From Camelus ferus (taxonomy: Eukaryota), in assembly GCF_009834535.1 (NCBI RefSeq), contig NC_045698.1, positions 1,428,001-1,492,000 of the forward strand: a stretch of DNA of 64,000 nt, in the 5' to 3' direction. The position numbers and the translations under genes were made by a program. This document shows, piece after piece, positions 37,268 through 49,930 of the stretch (positions are counted from its first letter, which is position 1; every line of letters starts with the position of its first letter). The notes under the pieces are model-generated. The model saw only the letters and a program-made list of their open reading frames with translations. It made no database searches and was not told the origin of the DNA.

Positions 37268-39735
37268 AGCAGGTGGTGCACTGAGCTCCACTCCACGTGC
37301 GCAGCCAGAGGTTTACTGCGGCTTTTAAAAACTGGAACCTCACCTGGTTGGTGACCACACTGTCGTACAGAACACGTGAGAAAGAACACGCACCATAAAA
37401 TAAAGACACGCTGGGCCTTGCGTGACGTGTACGCTGTGACGTGCGCGACGGAGCACGTCGAATGTGATGCCACGGATGTGTGCGTGACTTCAGCGATTTT
37501 TCACCCCATCCTTGTGGCCGTAGTTTAGTCAGGAGACCCCCCACCCCTTTATTTAGGTTGTGACGCGTGGGTACTACTGGTTATAGCCATTTTTCCAACA
37601 TCAGGCTACATAAAATCACCACAGAATCTCAACATACGTATAACATACGTGCACTTCCTGTGGGACGTATGTTTGTGTATCGCCGAAAACTCTGTGTTCG
37701 GCGCATTTCTCTGAGTCCGTGCTCACTTCCTGCTGATCCCGGGCTGTGGGCGCCGCCGGGCTGAATTTCCACAACCACTGTAATTTTGTCGCCTCTCGGC
37801 CTCTGATCAGATACGGGGCATTGACAGCAAATTTGAACACGTGTTTCTCCCCTAGATTTTGACAGAGTGCCGTCATTTCCTGTGTAGGAACAGTCCAATT
37901 TCCTGCCCAGCATTTCAGGCTCCTCGGAGGGAACCGAGGATAAAATCTCCTGGCCGTCCTGAGTGTGGTTTGAACCCTGAAGTTGTCTGATGAAGGAAGT
38001 GATTGAATCCATTCTTTCCACCCCAGACTTAATGTCGAAATGATTACTCATCTCTCTGTTCATAAAGCTAATATTGCAGGCTGGGGCTGGAAATCTAATT
38101 AAAACCTCCTGTGGTTTTTAACTCTCTAGTGCCGGGCACAATTGGCTTTACGAAGGACACACGCCGGGTCTGCCTCTGTCCTTGACCCAACGCGGAGCCC
38201 TGGGTGCTGCTGGGGTTCTGGAAGGCGCCTGGGGCAGTGAGCCCACGACGGTGGAGAGAAAACCCTCACGGGCCTGGGTCTGACCTCAGACGGCTCCACC
38301 CGGTCCCTGCAGCCCAGACTCAGGCCTTGCAGACCGTGACCCCCTGTGTCTGGACCGAGCCAGAGACCAGTGGCTTCCGCACGGTAGTTAAGCAGAACCC
38401 CGTAAACTCTGGTGTCTTCAGCAGGAAAGGTCACTGTCTATAAACTGTCAGAGGAAGCCCTGAAACACCCCTTGAACGGCACACAAAACGCCTTTCACCG
38501 GCCAAAGACGAAGGGCGCCCTGCTCCGCCACCGCCCGCATCGCCTCGTCCGGAGAGCCCTCGGGCTCTCAGAAGATTAGCACGCATTCCTCCGGCGTCTC
38601 TTGCAGGAAGGAATGAAGGCCATAGATTTTCCACTTTTAACACTTGGGTTTCTGCTCACATTAGCACAAAGTGAATTCTTTCGTGTGATTCACGCCCCTA
38701 AGAAAATAAAGACCATGGACGCGTGTTAGTGTCTTAGAGGTCACAGCGAGCTCTCCAAATCTGATTTTCTCAGAGTTGTCAAATCAATCACACCTTCACC
38801 CTAACGGTGCCAAACAGGCATCGTCTCCATTTTCTAGTAACTCTGCAGGGAACCCACGGACAGAAGCCGGCTCAGGACGAGGGCTCAGCGAGAACGAGTG
38901 TCTCAGTGCCATGTTGGGAGGGGTTCCCCCCGACGGTCACTATGGTGACCAAACTCCGGGAACGTTTCCTGCCACCAGCGTCGCTCAGGAGGGCGACGGC
39001 ACCTGCACGGGACACCGCGGGGCGGGGAGGGCGAGGACTCACAGGGCAGGGCCCCCGACGGCGCCCAAAGGCAGCCTTCAGTCCTCCTCGGCCGACGGAG
39101 TATGTGTCATTGGTGACAAGAACCTTGTTTTGATTTTTTTAAGTTGAAGATGGATTTGTTTTTTTAAAATCTCAGCAGCAAATTAAAGTGGAGGAAGCAG
39201 ACCCTGGCCCTCCCTGTGCTCCGTCCAGCCACGCGCAGCGTGAGTGCTCTGGGCGCCCAGCCGCCTCTGCGCCAGCCCGCGGGAGAAGCCGGAGGACGCG
39301 GGCACCGGCTGGGTCCCCGGGGGACGCTGCCGCAGCCTGTGCGTCCAGTTGGCACCTTCTGTTTACAGGCCCCTGCGATCACAGCAGGGGAAACAGCCAG
39401 CAGATCTGGGCTGGGAGGGCCCGGGTTCACCGCAGCCGAGCCGGGCGCGTGCAGGGAGCGCTCTGAGCCCGAGGGGCTCGAGTCAGCACCGCAGACGTGA
39501 GGTCCGGGGTCGGACCCCCCGCCCTCCTGCCCACCGGTCACAGGCTTAACAGCCTCCAGCCCGTCAGCAGGGGGTTCAGCGTTCACCCCCCTCCCCTGCG
39601 TGGTCTGTCGGCGCCCCCCTCCCTGCCGCGGCCTCCGCCAAGGGCTCTGCAGACGGACGGACCGCAGGGGCAGGGGGACGCCCAGAGCCCAGCCCTTGGC
39701 AGGGAGGTGGCAGCTCCGTCCTCTGTTCAAAAAGC

Positions 39736-40243
39736 ACCTCTTTATCCAGTCATCTGCCCAAGGACGCTCAGGCTGCTCCCACATCTGGGCTGTTGTAAAC
39801 AGCGCTGCTGTGAACGCTGGGCTGCGTGTGTCTTTTCAAATTAGAGTTTTCTCTGGATACACGCCCAGGAGTGGGATTGCTGGGTCGTATGCGGAGTCTA
39901 TTTTTAATTTTTTGAGGACTCTCCAGGCTGTCCTCCATAGTGGCTGCACCAAACTGCACCCACCAACAGTGTGGGGGGGGGCCCTTTCACCATCAGACTT
40001 CTGGTTGCCGAAGGGCAAAGGGCAAAGGGGTACGTTAGGGGTGTGGGATCACCAGACACACACTACTGAATACAAAATAGATGAGCAGCAAGGGCCTGCT
40101 GTACGGCACAGGGGACTATATTCAATGTCTTCTAATAGCCTATAATCTAAAAAATGTGAAGTCGAATATATATTTATAACTGAATCACTGTGCTGTGCAC
40201 CAGAAACTAACACAACATTGTAAATCAACTACACTTTAAAAGA
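39736..40243 (+). mobile_element. 5'-inverted L1: antisense ORF2 piece (~39736-39992) plus sense 3' UTR
   Basis: Minus ORF 39836-40018 '[40 protein letters not shown]'; sense tail 'aactgaatcactgtgctgtgcaccagaaactaacacaacattgtaaatcaactacact'. Confidence 0.9.
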
Positions 40244-40736
40244 AGACCAGAAACCAAAACAAGCGCCGAGCCATCCCGTTTCCTGCAGGCTGACTGTCCC
40301 CTCTCAAGTGAAAACGTACAGTACCAAGGCGGGGCGAGGGGCTCTGGGCGGGTCCAAGTCTCTGCCGAGGGCAGTCGCTGCATGAGAGTCCCGGCTTATC
40401 CCTGGTAGATCTATTCTCATTTTCATACCCTGGCAAGACTGCTCCTCCTTTTTAACGTTTTCCATTTTTGAGTCACCTGCTTGCTTCCTAGAGGACCTCT
40501 GTCCTCTGTAAGGACAGCCCACTAGGAACAGGACGAACCATCCCGGGTGTCTGGGAGCAATGCCTGCCGCATGGGGTGCTGGAGGGAACCGGGCCTGCAA
40601 GCCGGTTACCCAGACTCACGATAGCGAGCCGCAGACGCAGAGATGGAGTCTCACTGACGGCGTTCGTGGGGACCAGGCTGGGCGGGGAGCGGTGGCTCGG
40701 GGGCAGTGTCCATGTCCACAAACCCAACTTTGTGAG

Positions 40737-41472
40737 TGTTGTCAGAACACAGCCTCCATACCCCACTTACCGAATTGAAATTTGAGGACAGAGTTTGGGT
40801 GAAGTAGAAGAGGCCGCTTTATATCTTTGCAGGCAAAGGAGGTCACAGTGGGCTGACGCCTCCAAGACAGTGAGCCTGCTGGGTAGAGAGACAGGGGGTT
40901 TTATAGAAAAAATTCAAGAGTTCACGGGGACAGAGCTAGTCTCTATAGAGACCACACACAGGGTAACAAACTCGCAAAGCTGTTCATGTTTTCCCAGATG
41001 CAGGGGTCCCCTTCCCTCTGCTGGGCATGAAGTTCACCTTTGGCTTTGAGACTCTCTCAATATTCTTGTGCTGAAACAAGCGGCTCTGTGGAAAAGGGCT
41101 CTAGAGAAAAACTTGTACAGTTTAAAGTCAGGTTGATAAATGCTTTTAGCCTTTTAAGCAGCCTGAGGCCTGGGCTCTCCTGCTTTAGTCTGAGGCCTGC
41201 AGCTTGAACAACAGGATACAAGGAAACCATGAGGCGTTAAGAGGAGGGCACTCGGGTCAGGAGCAGAGCGCTGGGGGCAAGAGCAGGGTGGCCCTTGCAT
41301 GCAGCACCATGAGGGCGTTGGCAGACCACCCAAGCCTCCCTCCCCTCCAGGCCAGCCCTGCTCAGCAAGAGCACGAGAAAAACTGTTGAAACCATCATAC
41401 AGTTAGGCAGTTACAAACACCATTGCAGATCTCAGGTGGTCCCCAATGACAAGAGGGTTCTGCTCAGTTACA
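40737..41472 (-). mobile_element. ERV1-class solo LTR (MER41-like, artiodactyl type), 736 bp
   Basis: TG...CA termini ('tgttgtcagaac'...'tgctcagttaca') flanked by a perfect 4-bp TSD TGAG (40733-40736 and 41473-41476); 'gacagagtttgggtgaagtagaagaggccgcttta..aggcaaagg' resembles MER41-like LTRs as recalled. Confidence 0.85.
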
Positions 41473-43082
41473 TGAGGTCACAAGGACCAGAGCTGAACAC
41501 CGTCACCTTCAGGGGCTCTGCTTCCAGCAACCGTGGGGGCTCGATAATTTCACCATGAATAGACTACTTACAATCTTCTGTTTTTCCATAATAATAGTTC
41601 ATATACTTTGAGATTTCCTGGACATATATATTGTAAGCTTTTATGAAGTTCAAAATATATTTGTAATTTTCTTGCTCTCTGATGATAACAAACTAGTATT
41701 TTACTAGCAAAACTGCAGATGAATGCATGACCTCAGACTAAAGGATGTGCACTTAAAATAAATGCATTTTCCTTTCTGGAAACACACTTGACCTTCTTGG
41801 TCTGGCCCTGGGGCTGTTTCTTCAAGGAGTGTTTGAGGATCTTCAGTAATCTCCGGTGACTGCAGGAACCGGAGGATTAAGAAGAGGGCTCTTCGTGGAA
41901 GAGGCTGCGTTCTCCAGGTCTCCCCGGCAGGGTTGGTGCAGGGTGTTGAGCGGGAAGCAGGGCTGTTTCGGTCGTGAACGTACCAGGCGCGGCAGCCCTC
42001 CGTGCTCGGGGCCCTGGCTGTCCGCCTGCCTTTCCTAGCAGGTGAGCGCTGCCCTGGGGTCTTGTATCCCCAGGGCTCCACCCTTCTCACTGACGAGGGG
42101 CCCTTCAAAATCGCATCCTCACTCCACCCCCAGCTGGCAGGGAGACGTTCTTAGTGCTCCCAAACGTCTTAGCCAATTGCCCGGGGATAGTTTTGGCTGG
42201 GGATGCAGGTCTGAGTGGCGTCTCCATTACACAATCACATTATAGAGATTCGGACCTGGGTCCCAGCTCTGCCTCCCAGGCCTGTTTGAGGTGCCTATTC
42301 CTTTCCAGTTTTTTTTCTTTTTTTGAGACATTATTTTGAAAAATCACTTACAAAGCAAGCTAAATGTGTTGTAATGACATCTGTCATTAATTTCTAGCGT
42401 CTCCTCAATCCTCTTCTAAACATGGGAAAATATTTGTGCTTTCTGCAGAACATGACACATTAGACAACGCCTTTCCTAGTTCCTTTTGTGGCTTTTACAG
42501 CTGAAGCCCATCTTCAGCTCCGGATTTAAATAGAAAGTCACATAGGCACTCAGAGAATATTGCTCACTGTTTCGTAGAAAACGGAATGACGCCTCCTGCG
42601 GGCAGCGCGGGGACCAGACCCGCGATCAGAGGTTGTTCTCTGAGTTTGGTTGCTTTACTTCAGTCAGTGAACCTACAGAAACAGCTCACAACTTACAGCT
42701 CTGTCAGGTTCCAGACCCCAGGCGAGCCCTAGAGTGTGGGGCAGCTGGCAGCGCGTCTTACAGGGGATCGACGGGGGACACGCACACACACACGCACGCA
42801 CACACTTCGAAATCAGGAAGAGTGCTTGTTTGCATCTGGGTTTTTTTTTAACTCATTTTTAAAATTTGTCCAAAAGTAATTTTAAAATAGTGTCAGTACA
42901 TGTATTTCTTGCAACTTTGGTCCTTGGGGACAAGGTCACCATTCTTAGGTGTGATGCAGGGACCTTGCACTGCACACTTTCTCCCTCATGTCATCCCCTC
43001 ACAAATGTCACCTCCTGGGAACGTGCTGGTGAGCTGTGCCATCCTGGGTTTGATAACACACACCGAGGGCTGCAATCCAGAA

Positions 43083-43387
43083 GTCCATGGGTCTTTTCTG
43101 TTTTATAAAAAAAGTTCATTTGTGTCATTTTTTTATGTCTACCCATAAGTTTGTCTTTTTGTTTTGTTTTGTTTTCATTCTACATAAAAGTGATGTGTGA
43201 TGTTTGTCTCTGTCTGATTTACTGATCCACTTAGTGTGATCATCTCCAGATTCATCCACGTTGCTGCAAATGGCATTACCTTTTCTACGGCTGAGTAGTA
43301 TTCCATTGTGTATGTGCACCACACCTTCTCTATCCAGCCATCTGTCGATGGACGTTTAGGTTGCTTCCACGTCTGGGCTGTTGTAAT
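43083..43387 (-). mobile_element. L1 ORF2 end / 3' UTR fragment
   Basis: Minus ORF 43175-43432 'TWKQPKRPSTDGWIEKVWCTYTMEYYSAVEKVMPFAATWMNLE' is the L1 ORF2 C-terminus. Confidence 0.9.
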
Positions 43388-44699
43388 CTGTGTATGAGAA
43401 CCCAGAAGGCAGTTGTGTCTGGGCATCCCCACCCAGTCCCCGCTTATGAGCTAAACCACTATGTGCGGGCCACCGATGAGGTCATGGAACCTTAATGTTC
43501 AAAGCCATCCGTGTCGTGTATCAGCCCAGCCCACCTTTGGTTGATGTTGCTCTGACACCAGGATTTAAATAACTCGAATTTCCTGCCGTTTAGTTCTTGA
43601 CTTCGTCCTGCTCTAAACCTTCTCTGGATTTTCACTGACCAGGCGGCTGCCAGGATTCCACACGGGGACCCGGCAAGCACTTTGCTGATGCCGAGGACTC
43701 AGCAGCCCATGGGTCTGTGGAGGGCTGTGGGTGCCGTGTGCTGCTGGAGGCTCCCTTCTGTAGGTCTCAGTGCCCCTTCCGCAGGGAGAGGCTGTCCTGG
43801 GGTGGCTGCAGGAGAGTCTCTGTCAGGACCCAGGCAGGGCTGCCCCTTCAGCACCTCCTGCCGCTGGTCAGACGTGGCTGAGCCCACCTTCTCACTTCAT
43901 GCTCTGAGCCATCTGTGGTTGCAGCCTTTGTAATCTCAGCATCGCGTGTGTGTGAGGGGCAGGGCCCTGCAGGCAGGTGAAGAAGGCCGGCTGCCACCTG
44001 CTCCCCAGGGGAGACCCTCCCTCCCCCCGGAGCCCATCCCCACCCTGTCCTGGGAGGAACTCGAGTTCTCGAAGACCAGATGCCACTGAGCCTCTTCGCA
44101 AGACCCTCAGGAAGGGTGACAGGTCATTCCCTTCACCTCTCTCTGCCTCACTCTCCTTCTCTTTTAGTGTGAATGACCCAGATCCGCAGAGGGAATGAGG
44201 GGAGAGTTGGACCACGAGGCTACGAGCAGCCCCAGAAGGTCTCACTTGTGGAACACGGGCTGGGGAGCCTTCATTTATCTGGCATTTTCACTAACTGTGC
44301 AGGCTTTGGATGTGGACAGGCAGACTTCAGGAAGAATGGCTTTATTTGCTTAGTGTATCTATTTCTGCAGGCCTGGCGTCTACACTCGCTGTGGTGTTGA
44401 TGAGCACAAGGCGGGCACAGGCTGTCTGCTGCACGGAAGCAACGCCTTCTGTCCATCCCGAGCTCCTTGGCTCTCAGGGTCTGAACTGACCCTCCTGAAG
44501 GCTGTTGGGAAGATGCCCGTGTTCATGAGGGTCACCTGCCCACACCAGCCCTGCCTCCCTGTCCTGTCACCCCCGACACCAGCTCCCTGCCTCCCGTCTC
44601 CCGGGGAAGGACGAGGAGGGCCTTGGCTCGGGCCACGTGAACCTTCACTGAGCCCGGGTGGAGCTCGTGCCGTTCACTGGCAAGTGTGGAAAACACAAC

Positions 44700-45760
44700 A
44701 CAACACGACACAGCCCTCAGAACCCCCTGGCTACCTCTGGCTTTTCACTGTCTCCACACTTCAGCCTTTTCCAGGGGGTATCACAGCTGGAGTCGTTCAC
44801 GCAGCCTTTGCAGATCAGCTTCCTACACTCGGCACCGTGCAGTTAGGTTTCCTCCATGTCCTCGCGCGGCCTGACAGCTCATCCCTGCCCAGTGCCAGTA
44901 ACTTCCCTCTTTCCGACTGTCCACAGTTCCTTTATCTTTTCACCTCCTGAAGGGCTCCATGGCTACTTTAATCCTGGCAATTCTGAATAAAGCTGCTATG
45001 AGCGTCGTAGGCGGGAGTTCATGTGGACACGCGTTTTCAGCTCCTTGGGGAGATACCCAGAGCCGAGCCGCTGGAGCGCAGGTCAGAGGACGTCGCTTTT
45101 GTGAGAAACCGCCATGCTGTCTCCCAAAGGGGCCGGGCCATCCCGCGCCCGCTCCAGCGACAGGGGCGAGCTCCCGCTGCCCCGCGCCCCTGCCGGCGTC
45201 TCACGGCGCCAGCGCTCTGGGCTCCGTCCGCGCTTGGCGGTGTGTGGTGGCGCCTCGTTGCTGCTTTATCTGCGTTTCCCGGACGGCAAAGCTGTGGGAG
45301 GTCCTCTTGCTTACCTGCCGTCCGCGTCTCTCATCTGGTGAGGTGTCTGTTAAGGTCTTTGGCTCATTTCTTTAAATGGAGTTTTTTTTATTGTTGACTT
45401 TTAGGAAATCTTCATATGGTTCGGGTAATAGTCCTTCACTGCGTGCGTCTTTTGCAGATATCTTCTCCCACTCCGTGGCTTGTCCTCTCGTTTTGGACAT
45501 TGACTGTGACAGAGCAGGTTTTTCATTTTAAGGGCATCTGCTTAGCCGTTATGTCTTTCATGGACGGCGACTTTGATGTTGTGTCTGGAAAGTCATCACC
45601 AAGCCCAGGGCTTCTCCTGTGCTGTCTTCTGGGAGCTTCACGCTTTCACAGTTTGCATGTAGGGCTGTGCTGTTTTGAGTTAGCTTCTGTGAAAGGTGTG
45701 TGGTCTGCGTCTGGGTTCGCCTTCTCTGCGTGGATGTCTAGTGTCCCAGGACCACCCTTT
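44700..45760 (-). mobile_element. Old L1 (L1MC1-like) 3' region, strongly GC-converted
   Basis: Anchors 'ggcaattctgaataaagctgctatgagc', 'tgtggacacgcgttttcagctccttgggg', 'tttgtgagaaaccgcca' and 'ggtgaggtgtctgttaaggtctttggctcattt' match antisense L1MC. Confidence 0.85.
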
Positions 45761-46289
45761 GACTTTTGTGCGTTAGCCTTGTGTTGTTATGGTAACCCTG
45801 ATCCCATGTTTCACCCTTCATTTTGAACCTGAGATTAAAAGGCTGTCCTTTGGCAGCTGAAAGAAACTCTGAGCTCTATGAGAGCAACTGCTCCCAGTTT
45901 TCAAGTGGATTAAGGAAGAAATCAGGTAAATCATATTAAAATTACAGACATGCAAAAGCAATTAAAAAAAAAACAGACTGACAAAGACTAAGAAAGTACA
46001 TCTTAAAATCCATTATTGACTAAAACATGGACTTTCTGATGATTTTTTACAACAAACTTGACTCCGAGGAAAACTGAACTTGTTAAAACCCATGACCACA
46101 GGAGCAAACTCTTTTTTCACTTTTTTATTTTTACCTGGAAAACCATTTATCCCCGTGAAAATCATTTCAAGAAGATGAAATCTGACAACTGTGTTCAGTG
46201 ACAACTAGACTGAGGAGCGACCTTGGCTTGATTCACTTGGTCTGTAGAGCATGTTCCCGAAGAATATCACATCAAAATAACCCTGCAGC

Positions 46290-46505
46290 GGTGAGGGCTT
46301 GGGCTCAGGACGCAGACCCCATGTTCCAAGCCCACCTCTGCTGGGTACTTCTGTCTCCTGGAAGTTACTGGAACTTTCTGGACCTCTTTCCTTCATCTGC
46401 AAAGTGAGAATGATGGCACAGAAGCTGTTAAAGTGGCAGGAGGTGACATACATAACATGGTTGGAAAATTGCCTGGCCCAGAGCAAGGGCCCCGTTGGTT
46501 ATTAC
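46290..46505 (+). mobile_element. MIR SINE
   Basis: 'gaagttactggaactttctggacctctttccttcatctgcaaagtgagaatgatg..gcctggcccagagcaag'. Confidence 0.6.
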
Positions 46506-46629
46506 TCACTAAAGGGCAGAAAATGTTTCTGTGTTTGCGAGCTAGGGTGGAAATGCCAGCTCTCCGCTCAGGGCAAGACTGTGACGTCCCTCCACCTTCT
46601 AGACGGTCAGATGGCTCTCTGGCCATCTT

Positions 46630-47230
46630 GTTATTTTTTCTCCTTCTGCTTGTTTTGGTTTTAATTTACTCTTCTCTTTCTGGTTTTTTATGACAGTAGC
46701 TTAGGTCATCAGATTGAAAGCTTTATTCTTTTCTAATATAGCCATTTTCACACTATAAATTTCTTTTTAAGTAAGTGGTTAGCTGTATCACACATGACTT
46801 TTTTATTTCATTCAATTGAAAATATTTTTTCAATCTCTTTTTATTATCTTTCATCCATGAGTTATTTCTTGGAACAGTGTATAGTTGTCTTTTTAAAATT
46901 AAGCTCGATTTAATAATCTCTGCCTTTTAGACCATTTACATTTAATGTAGTTATGGAAGTTGTTGCATGTACATCTACCATTTTATTATTTTTGTTTGTT
47001 TCTTCTGGTTTTTTGTTCTTCTGTTTCCCCTTTCTTGCTTCCTTCTGGATTATCTGAATGTAGATGAATAGATAGATAGAGGTACATATACGCAGGCATA
47101 GCAATACAGGTATAGTAACAAATATCTGTATATCTTAGTAATCTAGCACTTAGTAATATAAGGTTACTATTCTATTTCAACGGGCTAGATTTTTGCCATA
47201 TTTCTTGTATCATTTTTTCAGTGGTAGAGT
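46630..47230 (-). mobile_element. Old L1M ORF2 5' (endonuclease) region remnant
   Basis: T-rich; minus ORF 46910-47104 ends 'SITTLNVNGL', the L1 endonuclease N-terminal motif. Confidence 0.75.
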
Positions 47231-48829
47231 TTTGTTAAGCACTACTTTTATAGAAGCTATCACATTGCTATTTAATTACTTTGGCCCACTAGACAAATTG
47301 AGAAGTAATACTTTTACTTTGTTTTATTTTTTATTTATCATTTAGCACATTAATAATTTTCTAAAAATGGCCCTTGAATAAATTGACACATTTAAGGTAT
47401 TCAATAACACATGTATAAAACTAACCAATTATTTCGTTCTATCGATAGTCTTACCCTTTTTGGGATTTCTTAATCAAACAGCCTAGAAGTTGGCATTCCT
47501 CCCTTCCGCAGTGGGAGCGTTCTGCTTCCTCCTTCCTAACGCTGACGGCTCAGCGTGAGCTCCCTCTCCAGTGCTGCACTGACCAACCTTGCCAGCTCTC
47601 AGCTCCTGAGCTCTGGATGTCCCTCAGCCTTGGCCTCTCCCATCCACCCCTCCTGAGCTCAGCACCTCAAACAGCTCTCACGACTGCCTCACACAGAGTT
47701 GGCCCTCAACAAACATTTGCCCAGTAAATGAAACCAGAGATCATTTCCCCCCCTCAGACTGGAGTTTTGTTTGGCTTTATTTTGTTTTCCTTTATGAGTC
47801 AATGGGGAAAAAAGAATGCAAGGCAATGTCCACAGGCAAACCTTGTGGGGCACATTATCAGGCAGCATCAAAATGGAGAAATGACACAGTGTCTGTCCAG
47901 TACAGCCATACATGGCAAGTCATCCAAAAGGTCCCAAGGACTTTCAACTGCTTTTGAAAAATGCAATAAGTTAGTTGTTATTTTCCCAAGTGCCGTTTAG
48001 GTTTGGTGACATAGGAAATACAAATCTCTAAGCCGATACGTGTTTCAGGAAATCATTTTGTACTAAATCCAGATTCTAAGTAGGATGGCAATGTTTTCAC
48101 ACGTGCTTGTCTCCCCTTTCAGTACCGAACATTTTGCCTGCTTTGTTGAATAAGAGAAGTGCTCACTTTTCCAGTCTTTGCTGTCACAAGTCCTGTAGCA
48201 ACAGTGTCTTCTCTGACTCCTGATCTAGAAGGGAGAGCGGAGATGGTGTGACGCTTACCTGCACCCCTGAAAGTGGTGAAGGTCACATCACTCAGCAACG
48301 CTGGGACAGCCAGAGCCCCTGCCCAAACACTGTGCAGACGACACCAGGTCCTTAGCATTGTCATAGTGTGTAAAGACCCTTAACCGATAGTTTTTATCTC
48401 TGTAATCATCACTGAATGACCTTTTTTCTTAGACTGTGATCTTTTTCACCCTGAAGGTAGCATGAATTGTGAGTGGTCCCGAAAGCAGTGGGAGGACTGT
48501 ATTTATCTGGATGTGTTCACAGAGCGTGGGGAGGCCCCGAGGCCCCGGCTCTTAAGTTTGCCGTCACACCCGTCACTGCGCATCTTCCAGCACACCAGGT
48601 CCGCTCCAGACAGGCAGGTGCACATGCCCCAGAGGCCCCAGAGAATTCCACCTTGCAGTCCCTTCTTCTTACCTGACTTGGGTCATCCTTCAGAACCCAG
48701 GTCCAGCTTAGCCTCCCCCAAGAAGTGCTCTTCAACCATAACAATGATTTACAGTTTGAAATAAAATACTAACCAAGAAGACTGACGTCCACGTAGCATT
48801 GTAGTTAGCACAACATGTGTATGCACATT

Positions 48830-48995
48830 GTTTTGTCTCATCCCCAAAATAGTAGAACCATGATCATTAGCCCCACTTTAAGGGGATGCAGCTGAGACTC
48901 AGAGCTGTTAAAGGCCCAGCCAGAGGTCAGCCGAGGGCCAGCCCAGGCCTGCCAGGGCCAAGGTCAAGTTCGAGATTCTGAACCCAGGCGCAGCC
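48830..48995 (-). mobile_element. MIR SINE fragment
   Basis: 'attagccccactttaaggggatgcagctgagactcagag..gattctgaacccagg'. Confidence 0.5.
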
Positions 48996-49869
48996 AGTGC
49001 TAACATGTGACACGTGATGTGCCTGAACTCCATTTGCAGGCATGTTCGCTGACATTTTTTTCGCTATGGCTTTTTCTGAAATAGGGAAATGGTGCTTTGA
49101 TGGCAAAGATCATGACTTACACTTACTTTTATTTCCCACTGTTCCGAGTCTTGAGAGCATCTGCGGATAATCGAGCAGCTGGTGCTTATTCAGGACTCGG
49201 CCCCATCAAGTGCTCTTCTCTTCTCAGCAGGTTTTGGGCTCGTGTTTGGACTGATAACCAGGCCTCCCCCCCCGATCAAAGGGACCCTGGAGGGGCGGGA
49301 GTTTGAACCCCAGGGGACCTTGCCCTGGGCCGCTGCACCAGGAAGGCCACCGCTGCTTCTCTGTCCTGGAAGGGCGTGTTCCAGACGCGCCAGTCCCGCC
49401 TGCCTCTGTGACAGGGAGGAGGCTGCGGCCGTGGGAGGGAAACGACTGCAGTTTCACGCGCCCGGTTAGTCGCAGAGCGGACTCGGATTCACTTTCTGCC
49501 CGGTGTCCTGCGCTGGTTCCTCTTCTCATCCCCTGGGGTTAGGATGTCTCCAGACTGATCTGAAACCCTCTGCAGAGCAGATCTAGCCACGCACCCAGCA
49601 GAGTATTTTGAGATCAGACAAGACATCTGATAACTTCGTTTAAAATGCTTCTTAGGGTCAGGGGACAATTAACATCTTCAAGAGACGTAGAAATAAGTTT
49701 GCTCAGAATGTTTTATTACCATGATACTGCTATGTTTGCCACTGACATTTTTAAAGTTAGTTACTTATCTGAATTTGGGAAACCCACTTGTTTCAAGGAC
49801 TCACCTTGGGCCAGAAAGCAAGGGCTTTGGCAGAATAACACGGTGATCACACTTGCCCTGTGATGTAGA

Positions 49870-49930
49870 CGTCATTTAAAAGATGAGGCAACAAAAGGTC
49901 AAAGGACTGAACTGTCTGCCCAAGGTCCAG
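49870..49930 (-). mobile_element. MIR core fragment
   Basis: 'catttaaaagatgaggcaacaaaaggtcaaagg..tgcccaaggtc'. Confidence 0.45.

Noticed and set aside
40737..41472. Interferon-responsive (STAT1/GAS) enhancer in the MER41-like LTR
   Set aside because: No perfect TTCnnnGAA found by eye.
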